A stretch of 26,160 bases of DNA, from IMG/VR virus record IMGVR_UViG_3300025009_000348, positions 1 through 26,160 of that record. One strand, given 5' to 3'. Numbering within the stretch: the first letter of the stretch is position 1; every line of letters begins with the position of its first letter. The translations under genes were made by a program, and so were the position numbers. The notes under the pieces were generated by a model. The model was not told where the DNA came from, did no database searches, and worked only from the letters and a program-made list of their open reading frames with translations. This DNA is from a virus. Its lineage: Duplodnaviria > Caudoviricetes. Of the stretch, positions 9,501-18,791 are shown piece by piece.

Positions 9501-12500
9501 CTTGGTAGAATTATGGCATCCCTAAAAAAAGATTCTACGAGCGAAGAGATCAAAGCTGCCTTTGAAGAGAAAGGTATGATTCCCCCTGCAATACTGGAAA
9601 GTAAAAAAGAACGTGAAGATGCAGTTAAAATGTTTAATCGTCTTAAAGAGAAACCTCTTGCCCGTATTTTTAAGAGAGTAATACAAGTAGCAGAGGCAGT
9701 AAATTCTGCTGGTGTAATAAGAGGTACACATTATAATATTCCTATTAACAATCTTTATCTTACAGACCACTCTAGTTTATCTTTTGCTGATATTGTTTAT
9801 GCCGAGGATACAGAAGGTCTTCTTGAGAGCATTCTTGATGACGCAGAGGATGATTTAACTAGCTCTATAATTTATAAACGTTATAAAAGTTTTAAGAAAA
9901 AGGAGGGTCTTGAGAGAGAAAAACTTACTGATGCTGAGTGGCGTAACCGTGTAGACTGGAATCTTATTAAGAAGGCTATTGAAGAGGATGATTATATTTC
10001 CTTTCACTCTGATCTTTCTCGTATGCATAATGCTACTGAGGGGGGTGATTGGGATTTAGATTGCTCTATATTCTCCTTTTATCATACTGGTTATACTGAC
10101 CCGCTTTATGTACCAGAACTCTTTTTACCTCCTGCGGGAAAAGATAAAGACCTTACGGATGAATATATAGATAATGCAGAACGTATTATCAAAACTGGTT
10201 ATCGAGCAAGGTTGGGTCTTGATGCAGATCATGAAGGTCTTCTTAACACACCCCTTAAGAACCTTATTAAGGACTCAAATTTAATTAAAGAAATAATAAA
10301 TATTTCCAAACCAGAAAATGTTGGTACTATTATTCAGCTTAAAGATTTTAAAAGTCCTACGGATAGAAATATAGCCTCAATGACAATGTTGAATTGGTTA
10401 GAAAAGATTGGTGCTATAACAATACTTGATATTGCCGCTACTACTACTGATAAAGTAGACAAGGTTAGTGGTGAGATTAGACAGCGAATTGAATCTTTTG
10501 CTAAAGACTCTACAAACATTGCTCAATTTATGTTTGATCGAGGTTCTCATTTTGAACAAGGTACTGGTACTGAGGATGAAGAAGGTAACGTTCTTTCTCA
10601 TACTTCTGATTTAACCCAAGACTTTTTCTTTAGGGATATTACTACTGATATTACTAATGGTGACACTTACATTAAATTTAATCCTGAGTTTAAAAATTAT
10701 TTTATTACTCTGGCTGAAATGGATAAAGGTAGTGATTTATTTATTGATGAAATTATAGGTGGTAAACGTTATAAAATAGTAACACCTCTTGGACAAGAAC
10801 TTACCGATATTATAGATACAAGAACTAAAAATGACATTGTTCGTGCTTTACAAAAAAGTGGTGCTACTCTTGATAATATAGTAGATATAGGTATAAAAAA
10901 TGTAGAGCGAGAATATCAACTTGATGCATCACAACCACTAGATAAATCTTTAATGGATATAATTGATTCTTCTAAAGTGCGTTTAAGTGAGTTACGTTCA
11001 GGGGCCAAGAAAAAGTTATATAAAGCTTTAGGTAAATCTCGTAAAGATATTAAAGCCTTTTTAAAAAATGATATTGAAGCTGTGCGTAATATTAATGGTT
11101 ATGAAATGCCAATAAAATATAGTGTAGCACTGTATCTTGCAGCGAAGGGTAACATTGAAGATTATAATAAATCCAGATCAACCACAATATTAAATGCATC
11201 TGGTGCTAAAGAGTTTACTGAGTTAGGTAGAAGGTTATTATTTAAAGCTTTAGGTAATGTATTATTACACCAAAAATATTTTGATGTACCTATGCCCGGA
11301 AACTATGAAGCTTTACTTAATAAGTCAATGCGTTATTTTGACCATAATGGTACTGTAGTATCAAAAGTAACTCGTGCTAATTTATTTAGTACACCGTCAA
11401 CAACAGAACTTGATAATATACGTTGGGAAACTTTTACTCCCGCTATAACACAAAATATTCTTATGGCACTTAATGTTATAGATGAGTTTGGTATACCTAT
11501 TGCCGACCAAGAAAATCAAATTAAGGCTCTTGAAGACCCTATTAGAACTGATTTAGTTAGTACTTATGGTTCAGTACAAAGTATCTTAGATGCTTTACAA
11601 GAGGATAATAATAGTCCTGAAGAGAGCGCTAAAATAATGCGTGCTTATTCAGCTATGATCAAACGTCTAAAAGCATCTAATGTTATAGCTAAAGCTGGTG
11701 TTACAGAAGCACAAAGCCCCATTAGACAATTAGTTAGTCATGACCCTGAGTTAATTAAAGAATATAAAAAGTTAAAGGATGGTACTACAGAAGCTAAATT
11801 CTTTAGTGATAAAGCTGCTGAGTTAGTTAACAAATATTCTGTTGAACTTTTTAAACTTCTTGAAGCACCTATTGAAGATGCTAAAGAAGCAGAAGTATCT
11901 GTAATTGATAAGAAAACTAAAGAGACAAATATAATTAAGACTATAAAATTAAGTGAAGAATCAGAAGCACGTATAAGAGAATTAGTTGAATTACTTGATC
12001 TTACTTATGAAAGTAAGAATGTATCAGAAGAGCGTAATATACAAATTAGTGTAGGTAGTATCTTTGATGCTTGGTCTAAGAATTTTTCTACACCACAACG
12101 AGATGCTATTGTCCCGCATATCAAAGACCTTATTGCTACTGTGGTTCTTGAGAATAGTACTCTTAAAGGTATTACAAACATAGTAGTATCTGAACGTAGG
12201 GTAAAGAGAGTATCAAAGGATAGTAAAGAAAGTGAAACCCTTTATTTTGATCTTAAGGCGGCAGATGATGTTAAAAATATCTCTGTAGAAGAGTATACTA
12301 AAGAGCAAAAACCTATTGTATATACCCGTAAAAGGGAATTAAGTGGTCCTGCGGCTGAAGGTGATTATGGTGTAAATATATTTGAACATATACCAACTGA
12401 AGAGGAAAAAATCGCAGCACGAAAAATTGCACTAGAAAAACACTCTGTAAGTACTACACGAGTAGTAGCAAAACCTGTACCTAAATCTTCCCCTCATGAT

Positions 12501-15500
12501 GGTCGTATTGTAAGACCTTCAGAGAATGATAAACGTGTATCTCCTTTAGGTGGTTTTTTAAATCTTCGTGATAGGTTTGAATCTAAAGAATCTAAATCTG
12601 TAGTAAAACTCGCCAATGAAATGGGTCTTGATACAAATATTATAGAAGAGATTAAGAGGTCTGATGATAAAGCTACAAAACAAAACTTAAACGATATATT
12701 TAATAATTCACCCTTTGGTCTTTTTTATAATGCTATTATAAGTGCTAAAGAACAAATACCTACAGGACAATTTAATATTGGTTTAGTGTATAGCCGTGGT
12801 GAGTATAATCAATGGATTAAATTTTTTAATGCTTTAGAAAAGAAAGCTACTAGTATTATTGAAGATAGACTTATATCAAGTAACTCTGCTATCTCAGTAG
12901 ATAAACTTAATGTGTTGAAAGCTGATCTTGAGTGGAAAATTAAAAGGTACTTTGCTAAATTTACTTGGGACATTGAACAGAAAGAAAGAACACCTATAAA
13001 AATAACACAAGATACTTCTAAAGTAGAATTATCTGCCGATCAAGTCTATAAGAGTAAAGGTACAGAAAATGAACGTGTGCGTATAGTACCTGCTACCTCG
13101 GAGAAACCTATAAAAGGTTTTGTGCGTCTTGAGGTTTTAGATTATAATAATAAGGTTGTAAATAAACGAACTGTATCAGAAAGTAAGTTTGAACGAGATT
13201 ATGAGATAGATACAGAAAATACAATAAAAGATTTTAAGAAGGTAGCATTTGATGCTAAAACTAATAGAGAGATAATATCCCTTTTTAATAATTATGGTGA
13301 AGAAATGCGAGAGAATCTTGTTAAGCCTCTCCTCACATTTTTAAAGAATAATGATGCTACTTTTTATACACCTAAACAACTTACAAAATTTATTCTTGCG
13401 GGTAACGTATTAAGTCGCAGTTTATTAGAAGATAGTGGTTTAGTGTACACTTCTGAAACTGAGGCTGATTTTAAATTAGATGCTACTATCACTCGTATAC
13501 TTAGTAATCTTGTAGACCTTGGTTTAGCTATACAAGGTGTTCCAAATAAGGGTGAAGGAATTTATGGTAGGAAATCAATAAAGATAAGTGAGCGATTGGT
13601 TAATTTCCTTAATAATAATAAGCTTGGCTCTACAACTAAAGCAAGTATTATCAGTGAACAAGTAAGAACTCAAAATGCAGTGCTCTCAAAGTTTGACCAA
13701 GCCTCTATAATGAAGGGTCTTAAACAAACCTTTCAAGGTGTATCTGAAATCAAACTCTTTAAGTTTATTAAGGATGCTTTTATAACTCCTTGGTATGATT
13801 CTGAGAAGCATCCGGTTCTCCGTAAATTTATGTTTACTGCTGCTGAACGTGGTGATAAAAGAGCAACCTATCTTAGTGAATTTACTGAGCCTCTTGAGGA
13901 TGTTGTAGCTGATTTAAAGACTTATGGTGAGGAGCATCCTGACCAACAGGAAGCTATAAATAAACTTGTTATTAAAGGGGATATAGAAAACCAAGAATAT
14001 ACAACACTTAAAGAAGCACAAGCAGTAGTACCTAATATTACACAAACAAGCTTAGATAAATATATTGCTTTACGTAAGGCTCTTACTGGCTTTAGTGATA
14101 CTATATTTAAAACTGGTGCCCGTGTATATATGGTTTGGGCTAATATGCGTTATGGTGAGCATGGTAGTATTAAGTTTAGTGAGAAGCTTCATGAATTAGT
14201 AGGTACTCGTGATATTAAGGAGCCTGCTGAAATAGATATTATTGTCTCAAAACTTCTTGAGATGATACCCGTAGAGAAGCGTGCTGAAGAACAAACTGAA
14301 ATGAGAAAATCTGTTAGGGCTTATATTGATTGGCTCGATAAAAAACGTACCCTTATACATAAGGTAAAAGGTTGGATGCCAAGGGTAAGGTTCGTAAAAG
14401 ATTATGTTGGTAGTGTGCGTGATACTTCTAAAAAGAATAACCCTCTTGTTGCTTTTAAGTATTTTAAAACATTGCGAGAGGCACAAGAATATATAAAGGG
14501 TTTTGATGGTGTGGGTTATGATAAGAATGCAGTTGCCACTGAGGTAGAAATGAAGAATCTCTTTACCTCTATGGACCAGATTAAAGGTTTTGAGAACCTT
14601 GAACACTTCTTAAAGAATGGTATGTCCGAAGATTGGGATAACCCTCAATTTGGTGTGTCTACTCTTACTGAAGGTCATAGTGGTGGTCAACACCTTATTA
14701 GACGTAAAGACCATCTTGTAGAAGGTTATGAAACTGAGAACTACTTACAGAATTATATTACTGCTGCTAACCGTATGGCTAACTCCTTTTCTCAATTAGA
14801 GTACGGTTTGGCACAACGAGAGAATCTCCACCAAGCTCGGTTATTGGAGAAAACTGTTCCTATAGTACGAGATACACTTCCTAAGTTTGTAAAACATCTC
14901 AAGGATGATTTATCTCCTGCCACTTCTTTTGAAGGTACAGCTACACAGGTACGTAATGCCACAGTATTCTACTTTATGGGTTTTAGGATGCTCCCTGCTA
15001 TTATTAATACTACACAGAACTTTGTTATTGGTGTACCTAACTTGGCTAAAGAATTAACTAGTATGAATGGTAAGTCTTATGTTAAGAATCTATTTCTTGC
15101 AACTAAGATGATGCACTCTGCTATGATTGATTCAGTACGAGATTTAATTACCAACGTACTACATAAAGATAAATCCAAGATGTTAGGTTTGATTTTAAAG
15201 GCACTTGATAAAGTAGCACCAGAAGGTAAGGGTAGAATTAATATTGATAGTATGTCTGATGTTGATAATAGAGCAATAGAGGAATTTAATAAATATAATA
15301 TTGCTACACAGAACCTATCTCACACAAGTTCTATTATGGATAGTTACAAAGAGGGTATGGCTGTAGCTAGACATGGTAAGGCTGGTGAGGCTGTTAATGC
15401 AATTATGAATGAGGCAATGGTTTATATGCGCCTTACAGAACAGGTAAACCGCACAGGGGCATTTCTTGCTGCTTATAGACTCTTCTCTAAAGGAGAAAAT

Positions 15501-16466
15501 ACTTTTAACCATGAGGCTGCTGAGAAAGCAGTAGAATTTGTTTATAATACAAACTTCATGATGAATAGTTTTAATATGCCTTTAAGTATTAAGAAATTGG
15601 GACCAGCAGGACGTACTATTATGACACTCTCTACTTATCCTATACATTATCTTAACTCTGTATTTAGATTATTAGGTGGTACTGAGAATGGTGGTAAAAC
15701 TGTTCTTACTATGGTTGGTGCAGCAATGATGTTAGGTGGTGTAAATGCAGTACCACTTAAAGATTTCTTTAGTAAAATATTCTCTATGGTATTTAAAAAA
15801 GACCTTAACATCTCCATACGAGAATCTGTTAAAGCAATGGGTGGTAATGAGTGGTTGGCTAACACCACTATGAGGGGTTTACCCCCTACATTTGGTGTAG
15901 ATGTTGCTAACAACATATCATTTAATACACCTTATATTGGTGGTTGGTTAGGTGATAAGAATGCAATGGAATCCGCAACTGGCGCGGCTGGTGGTATGGC
16001 TTCACGAGCCTCTAATGTAGTTAAGTATATTGGTGAGGGCCAATACTCTAAAGCTATTTGGGAAAACCTTATGCCAGAGGTAGTTGCCTCTCGCGCAAGG
16101 GTCATTAATCAATATAATAATGGTATGAAAACTAGCTCTGGTTCTAAACAAATGTATAAAGGACAACCTCTTGAACTTAGTTTTGGTGATGCACTTACTA
16201 CGTTTATTACTACAGCTAAATCAGCAAATATGGGTACTATATCTGAGAAGCGTAACTCTATGCGTAAGCTTGAGACTCAATATAAGTCTATTGCTGCAAA
16301 TGCAAGAAGGTCTTATTTAGAAGACAATGATCCATCGAAAATCAACAAGTTTAATCAGCTTATCATTAAGAATAAATTGATTGGTTTCATAAAACCAATA
16401 GGCAAAGTAAAACAACCAAAAGAAAATAGCGGAAGAATTGCTTTTGAAAACCAATTAAGCAACTAA
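6540..16466 (+). CDS. Giant polyvalent internal virion protein (Gly/Ala-rich N-terminus, zincin HExxH peptidase, candidate DxDxD RNA polymerase region, PLxRFG-like C-terminal domain)
   Basis: 3308-aa uninterrupted ORF. HEAIH at aa 879-883 with downstream EEAIA (aa 926-930). GGDWDLD at aa 1168-1174. WMPRVRF near aa 2614, followed by AIINTTQN and EQVNRTGAFLAAYRL motifs typical of C-termini of large podovirus ejection proteins. Confidence 0.75.
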   Translation: MPTWEEILAQLESGTNPNTTVMQKVPLTKRPPAPIDFPAYVPTPPEPEKVGALRSIAGNVVSGALQGTVGTAGRLIEGGLRHGLGATDLAETYRQGNEGFEEWVHDTFTKDNLQTKDINGVGSALRYIGENVGNFAGQMLPSIFLMGGVGGIASRAALKSAGGMEKEAAIAYAQKMGERAVIGAATVSEGAQEGGIIYGMQGKNIEEGKQEDYNHLQGIAGTSAAAALGAGSTIYNMGRLGLTKALGASGVKEGVEELGKKISAKTLLTQPFVGALSEGVQESAQTLAENYGATNKVLADGETLTPYNALRTGTAALTGGMLGGDVLQPTLRNEMFESGAAGAAGGFGLGAIGAAGKGTIQALATPPKVISTDATSIGDNKTGTTIVEETKAGLGSNQEVQGILGLPTEGGLVGGLLGSEENILNPELIKQGNPTSAVAKAAKFKSILETQLKNIPADADFQKNFDKILNNAITTANPATLQQAYTTGQDTTPIEYAYFVKDALANNPVYANAYNNNSKIQGEKRKQEALQKKVAKEAPQTRSNASEGIQTSLPIDNYINSTDGHVSAYNDDIALKREQAQQEEIANMSSGSQIGMFGDHTDNTETKESNIDFPTRDAAKEAITSTITNLKSLVSKRKGITAEEKVVARQQIKDLTNKIAKQYTSWTQPELNFNPVEELKIVQEHKETVQGLHDLVTNDVITPDEATLLQHTLTDQAVEHPIVPPKGKLEKKPPTVKVKQKRDIIKKVEPVIAPEVKVESKVTPTAITPKKESKLDKAARERKEAKEAEAVVVEEAPKKSKTKVTEKGQESTHPDFTEDEAQALVKTLLGNKAELEIVDADYIIATDPNGNIVRISAQAIGKFIQVASGSATLYENVRHEAIHVARTLGIINDKEWKVLQLKANKWIKDFGIEDRYKGFTKEELQEEAIARAFEINPKDNTIFGKLKNFFEKIVNTLKGLGFNSSKSVFSKFESGAYASRSVNKTLDLGRIMASLKKDSTSEEIKAAFEEKGMIPPAILESKKEREDAVKMFNRLKEKPLARIFKRVIQVAEAVNSAGVIRGTHYNIPINNLYLTDHSSLSFADIVYAEDTEGLLESILDDAEDDLTSSIIYKRYKSFKKKEGLEREKLTDAEWRNRVDWNLIKKAIEEDDYISFHSDLSRMHNATEGGDWDLDCSIFSFYHTGYTDPLYVPELFLPPAGKDKDLTDEYIDNAERIIKTGYRARLGLDADHEGLLNTPLKNLIKDSNLIKEIINISKPENVGTIIQLKDFKSPTDRNIASMTMLNWLEKIGAITILDIAATTTDKVDKVSGEIRQRIESFAKDSTNIAQFMFDRGSHFEQGTGTEDEEGNVLSHTSDLTQDFFFRDITTDITNGDTYIKFNPEFKNYFITLAEMDKGSDLFIDEIIGGKRYKIVTPLGQELTDIIDTRTKNDIVRALQKSGATLDNIVDIGIKNVEREYQLDASQPLDKSLMDIIDSSKVRLSELRSGAKKKLYKALGKSRKDIKAFLKNDIEAVRNINGYEMPIKYSVALYLAAKGNIEDYNKSRSTTILNASGAKEFTELGRRLLFKALGNVLLHQKYFDVPMPGNYEALLNKSMRYFDHNGTVVSKVTRANLFSTPSTTELDNIRWETFTPAITQNILMALNVIDEFGIPIADQENQIKALEDPIRTDLVSTYGSVQSILDALQEDNNSPEESAKIMRAYSAMIKRLKASNVIAKAGVTEAQSPIRQLVSHDPELIKEYKKLKDGTTEAKFFSDKAAELVNKYSVELFKLLEAPIEDAKEAEVSVIDKKTKETNIIKTIKLSEESEARIRELVELLDLTYESKNVSEERNIQISVGSIFDAWSKNFSTPQRDAIVPHIKDLIATVVLENSTLKGITNIVVSERRVKRVSKDSKESETLYFDLKAADDVKNISVEEYTKEQKPIVYTRKRELSGPAAEGDYGVNIFEHIPTEEEKIAARKIALEKHSVSTTRVVAKPVPKSSPHDGRIVRPSENDKRVSPLGGFLNLRDRFESKESKSVVKLANEMGLDTNIIEEIKRSDDKATKQNLNDIFNNSPFGLFYNAIISAKEQIPTGQFNIGLVYSRGEYNQWIKFFNALEKKATSIIEDRLISSNSAISVDKLNVLKADLEWKIKRYFAKFTWDIEQKERTPIKITQDTSKVELSADQVYKSKGTENERVRIVPATSEKPIKGFVRLEVLDYNNKVVNKRTVSESKFERDYEIDTENTIKDFKKVAFDAKTNREIISLFNNYGEEMRENLVKPLLTFLKNNDATFYTPKQLTKFILAGNVLSRSLLEDSGLVYTSETEADFKLDATITRILSNLVDLGLAIQGVPNKGEGIYGRKSIKISERLVNFLNNNKLGSTTKASIISEQVRTQNAVLSKFDQASIMKGLKQTFQGVSEIKLFKFIKDAFITPWYDSEKHPVLRKFMFTAAERGDKRATYLSEFTEPLEDVVADLKTYGEEHPDQQEAINKLVIKGDIENQEYTTLKEAQAVVPNITQTSLDKYIALRKALTGFSDTIFKTGARVYMVWANMRYGEHGSIKFSEKLHELVGTRDIKEPAEIDIIVSKLLEMIPVEKRAEEQTEMRKSVRAYIDWLDKKRTLIHKVKGWMPRVRFVKDYVGSVRDTSKKNNPLVAFKYFKTLREAQEYIKGFDGVGYDKNAVATEVEMKNLFTSMDQIKGFENLEHFLKNGMSEDWDNPQFGVSTLTEGHSGGQHLIRRKDHLVEGYETENYLQNYITAANRMANSFSQLEYGLAQRENLHQARLLEKTVPIVRDTLPKFVKHLKDDLSPATSFEGTATQVRNATVFYFMGFRMLPAIINTTQNFVIGVPNLAKELTSMNGKSYVKNLFLATKMMHSAMIDSVRDLITNVLHKDKSKMLGLILKALDKVAPEGKGRINIDSMSDVDNRAIEEFNKYNIATQNLSHTSSIMDSYKEGMAVARHGKAGEAVNAIMNEAMVYMRLTEQVNRTGAFLAAYRLFSKGENTFNHEAAEKAVEFVYNTNFMMNSFNMPLSIKKLGPAGRTIMTLSTYPIHYLNSVFRLLGGTENGGKTVLTMVGAAMMLGGVNAVPLKDFFSKIFSMVFKKDLNISIRESVKAMGGNEWLANTTMRGLPPTFGVDVANNISFNTPYIGGWLGDKNAMESATGAAGGMASRASNVVKYIGEGQYSKAIWENLMPEVVASRARVINQYNNGMKTSSGSKQMYKGQPLELSFGDALTTFITTAKSANMGTISEKRNSMRKLETQYKSIAANARRSYLEDNDPSKINKFNQLIIKNKLIGFIKPIGKVKQPKENSGRIAFENQLSN

Positions 16467-16507
16467 TATAGTATAATTAATTAAGTTAAACAAAAGGGGA
16501 TAGCTAA

Positions 16508-18712
16508 ATGGCTACAACTCAAATATTATCAGGTTACGTAAAAAGCCTAAATCTAACTACAGGAGCAGGTACTATTACTGCTACCCCTGCATATTACCCA
16601 CAATCAGTAGAGGGTAATTTAATATCCTCTTTACCTGTTAGTGCTACTATTAATGCAACTACAGGGGCATTTACAATTACCCTTCTAAAGGGTGCTATAA
16701 TTAGATTGGTAGCAAAAGATTCCCTAGGTAAAAATGTATTTGCTCAAGAGTTAACTATAACTTATAATGATACTCTTGATATTGCTGATTATCTTAATGC
16801 TAATCCTGAAGTAGAATTAATAACTCAATATACTCTTGCTACTACCTCTGCTGCCGCTGCATCTGCATCTGCTAGTGAGGCTAGTGGTTATGTAGAGGAT
16901 GCAAGTGGTTTTGCTAATAATGCTTCTACTTCTGCTATTGCTGCAAGTGGGTTCGCTGATGATGCAAGTGCTTCTGCTGGTGCAGCACTTACTTCAGAAA
17001 ACAATGCCTCTACCTCAGAAACTAATGCAGGTACTTCAGAAGATAACGCTGCTACTTCGGAAACTAATGCTTCTAGCTCTGCAACCCTAGCTCAAAATTG
17101 GGCTACACAACTTACTACAGAGGTTGTAACTGGACAAGGTTATAGTGCCAAACAATATGCAGCTAATGCTGCCCAATCAGCAGTAGACGCTTTAACTGCT
17201 GCTGGTGGGGGTGTACTATCTCTTAATACTAGAACAGGAAATGTAACCCTTACTAGTACTGATGTTAATCTTGGCAACGTCACCAATGATGCTCAAGTTA
17301 AAGTTTCCGAAAAGGGTGTAGCTCTTGGTGTTGTCCCACTTGATGCTGACACAAAAATTTCTAGTGATTACCTTCCTAGCTATGTTGATGATGTTCTTGA
17401 GTTTGCAAATCTTGCTGCTTTCCCTGCAAGTGGCATAAGCGGTAAAATTTATGTAGCTCTTGACACTAACAAGACTTATCGGTGGTCAGGCTCAGTATAT
17501 ATTTATATTACATCTGGTGCTGTTGATACAGTATTTGGGAGAAGTGGTGTTGTTGCGGCAGAAGGTGGTGACTATACTGCTGACTTGATTACTGAAACAG
17601 CTTCAAGGGTTTTTGTTACACCAACACAGGTTGCAGCTTTTCACCCTGTTGAGACAGCTACTAGTATTGGAACACTTTATAATGCTGCTGCTGTTACACT
17701 TACAAATAAGACTATAAACCTTACCAGCAATACACTTGTTACAACACTTGCGCAACTTAATAGTGCTGTAAGCGATGCTGATTTATGTCCTGTTGGCGGC
17801 CCCGGTAGTTCACAGGCGTTTGCTGTTGGTGCATTAAGTGCGACTTCTGTAGTTACAACAGGGGATGGGCGTGTAGGTTCTGCTACACCTATTTATAATG
17901 CCAGATTTGAAGTTATCAAAGGGGCGGCTGATGCTTACGTAAATGTCGGAGATGAATTTACAGCGGCAACAGCAAACAAGAATATTGCACTTGGTGCAGG
18001 TGGTTATAGAAATGTACTTACTATAAATGCACTAACAGGCTCCGTTGCAGCAACTAGGTCAACAACTGGATTGTTGCTTAACTCCTTTTATGGTTCTAAT
18101 GCATACGCAGCTTCTTCTATTAACATAAACTGTAATACCGGCGTAGGAACCATACATTTTTATACTGGTACAGGTTCATCAGCAATACCAACAGAACGAG
18201 CTGTGATTAGCTCAACTGGTCTCGCTGTAACAGGTGATGTAAGTGCCACAGAAATTATAACAGCATCTAAAGGTATTGCCTTTCCTGCAACCCAAGTAGC
18301 AAGCTCCAACCCTAATACTTTGGATGACTATGAAGAGGGAACTTTCACACCAACTATAGCAGGTATAACTTCGGCTGGTGTGGGGACATACACAACCCAA
18401 ATAGGTACATACACAAAAGTAGGTAACAGAGTATCTATTACTATTTACCTTATATGGTCTGCGCACACAGGCACAGGTAATATGCAAATATCAGGTTTGC
18501 CATTTGTAAGTAAAACTACAACTGGTTATGCCACTTTCTCCTTGTATGTATCAAATATTGCCTTAACAGCAGGACATGTTGTACAAACTGCTATGGGTGA
18601 TGGTAGCACAAATATACCTATTTATAGTTATGCAACAGGTGGTGGAGCCTCGACAAGTGTTGCTTTAGATACTGCTGGTACAATACTGTTGTCAGGAACT
18701 TATGAAGTTTAG
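16508..18712 (+). CDS. Tail fibre protein
   Basis: 734 aa. Ala/Ser heptad stalk, VLSLNTRTGNVTL and VDTVFGRSGVV repeats, YLPSYVDDVLEF...GKIYVALDTNKTYRWSG module, and C-terminal LDDYEEGTFTP...GTYTKVGNRV domain, all common in phage fibres. Confidence 0.85.
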   Translation: MATTQILSGYVKSLNLTTGAGTITATPAYYPQSVEGNLISSLPVSATINATTGAFTITLLKGAIIRLVAKDSLGKNVFAQELTITYNDTLDIADYLNANPEVELITQYTLATTSAAAASASASEASGYVEDASGFANNASTSAIAASGFADDASASAGAALTSENNASTSETNAGTSEDNAATSETNASSSATLAQNWATQLTTEVVTGQGYSAKQYAANAAQSAVDALTAAGGGVLSLNTRTGNVTLTSTDVNLGNVTNDAQVKVSEKGVALGVVPLDADTKISSDYLPSYVDDVLEFANLAAFPASGISGKIYVALDTNKTYRWSGSVYIYITSGAVDTVFGRSGVVAAEGGDYTADLITETASRVFVTPTQVAAFHPVETATSIGTLYNAAAVTLTNKTINLTSNTLVTTLAQLNSAVSDADLCPVGGPGSSQAFAVGALSATSVVTTGDGRVGSATPIYNARFEVIKGAADAYVNVGDEFTAATANKNIALGAGGYRNVLTINALTGSVAATRSTTGLLLNSFYGSNAYAASSININCNTGVGTIHFYTGTGSSAIPTERAVISSTGLAVTGDVSATEIITASKGIAFPATQVASSNPNTLDDYEEGTFTPTIAGITSAGVGTYTTQIGTYTKVGNRVSITIYLIWSAHTGTGNMQISGLPFVSKTTTGYATFSLYVSNIALTAGHVVQTAMGDGSTNIPIYSYATGGGASTSVALDTAGTILLSGTYEV
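16991..17074 (+). repeat. 4 x 21-bp degenerate tandem repeat (TSENNAS/TSETNAG/TSEDNAA/TSETNAS) in the tail fibre stalk
   Basis: ACYTCRGAA-initiated units at 16991, 17012, 17033 and 17054. Confidence 0.85.
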
Positions 18713-18718
18713 CCACTC

Positions 18719-18791
18719 TTGCCATAGCTAGGCTTATAACCGAAAAGGAGAACCTTACTCCCTGCTGTGGCAATAACTATAAGGACTGTCC
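18719..18791 (+). promoter_or_regulatory. Structured intergenic element (long stem-loop with pseudoknot potential) before the chaperone RBS
   Basis: TTGCCATAGC(T)AGG 18719-18732 pairs with CCTGCTGTGGCAA 18761-18773. Loop CTTATA 18733-18738 is complementary to TATAAG 18778-18783. GGACTGTCC palindrome at 18783-18791 just before AAGGAG. Confidence 0.5.

Noticed and set aside
11210-12080. T7/N4-type single-subunit RNAP look-alikes in the giant protein (TELGR, FDVPMPG D1582, TYGS Y1676, IFDA D1843) with roughly T7-like A-B-C spacing
   Set aside because: Motif B lacks the invariant R-x3-K-x7-YG lysine, TxxGR sits only ~22 aa before the putative motif A instead of >100, and motif A content is poor. 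Probably coincidental, though the same structure prediction would test it.
6789-15916. Numerous antisense and alternate-frame ORFs (60-153 aa) inside the giant gene, and similar ones inside other genes
   Set aside because: Shadow ORFs of strongly biased coding sequence, with no RBS or recognisable motifs.
18710-18739. Stop-codon read-through or TAG recoding from the tail fibre into the downstream region
   Set aside because: In-frame TAG (18725) and TAA (18737) follow immediately. All long genes are intact in the standard code, so there is no evidence of recoding.
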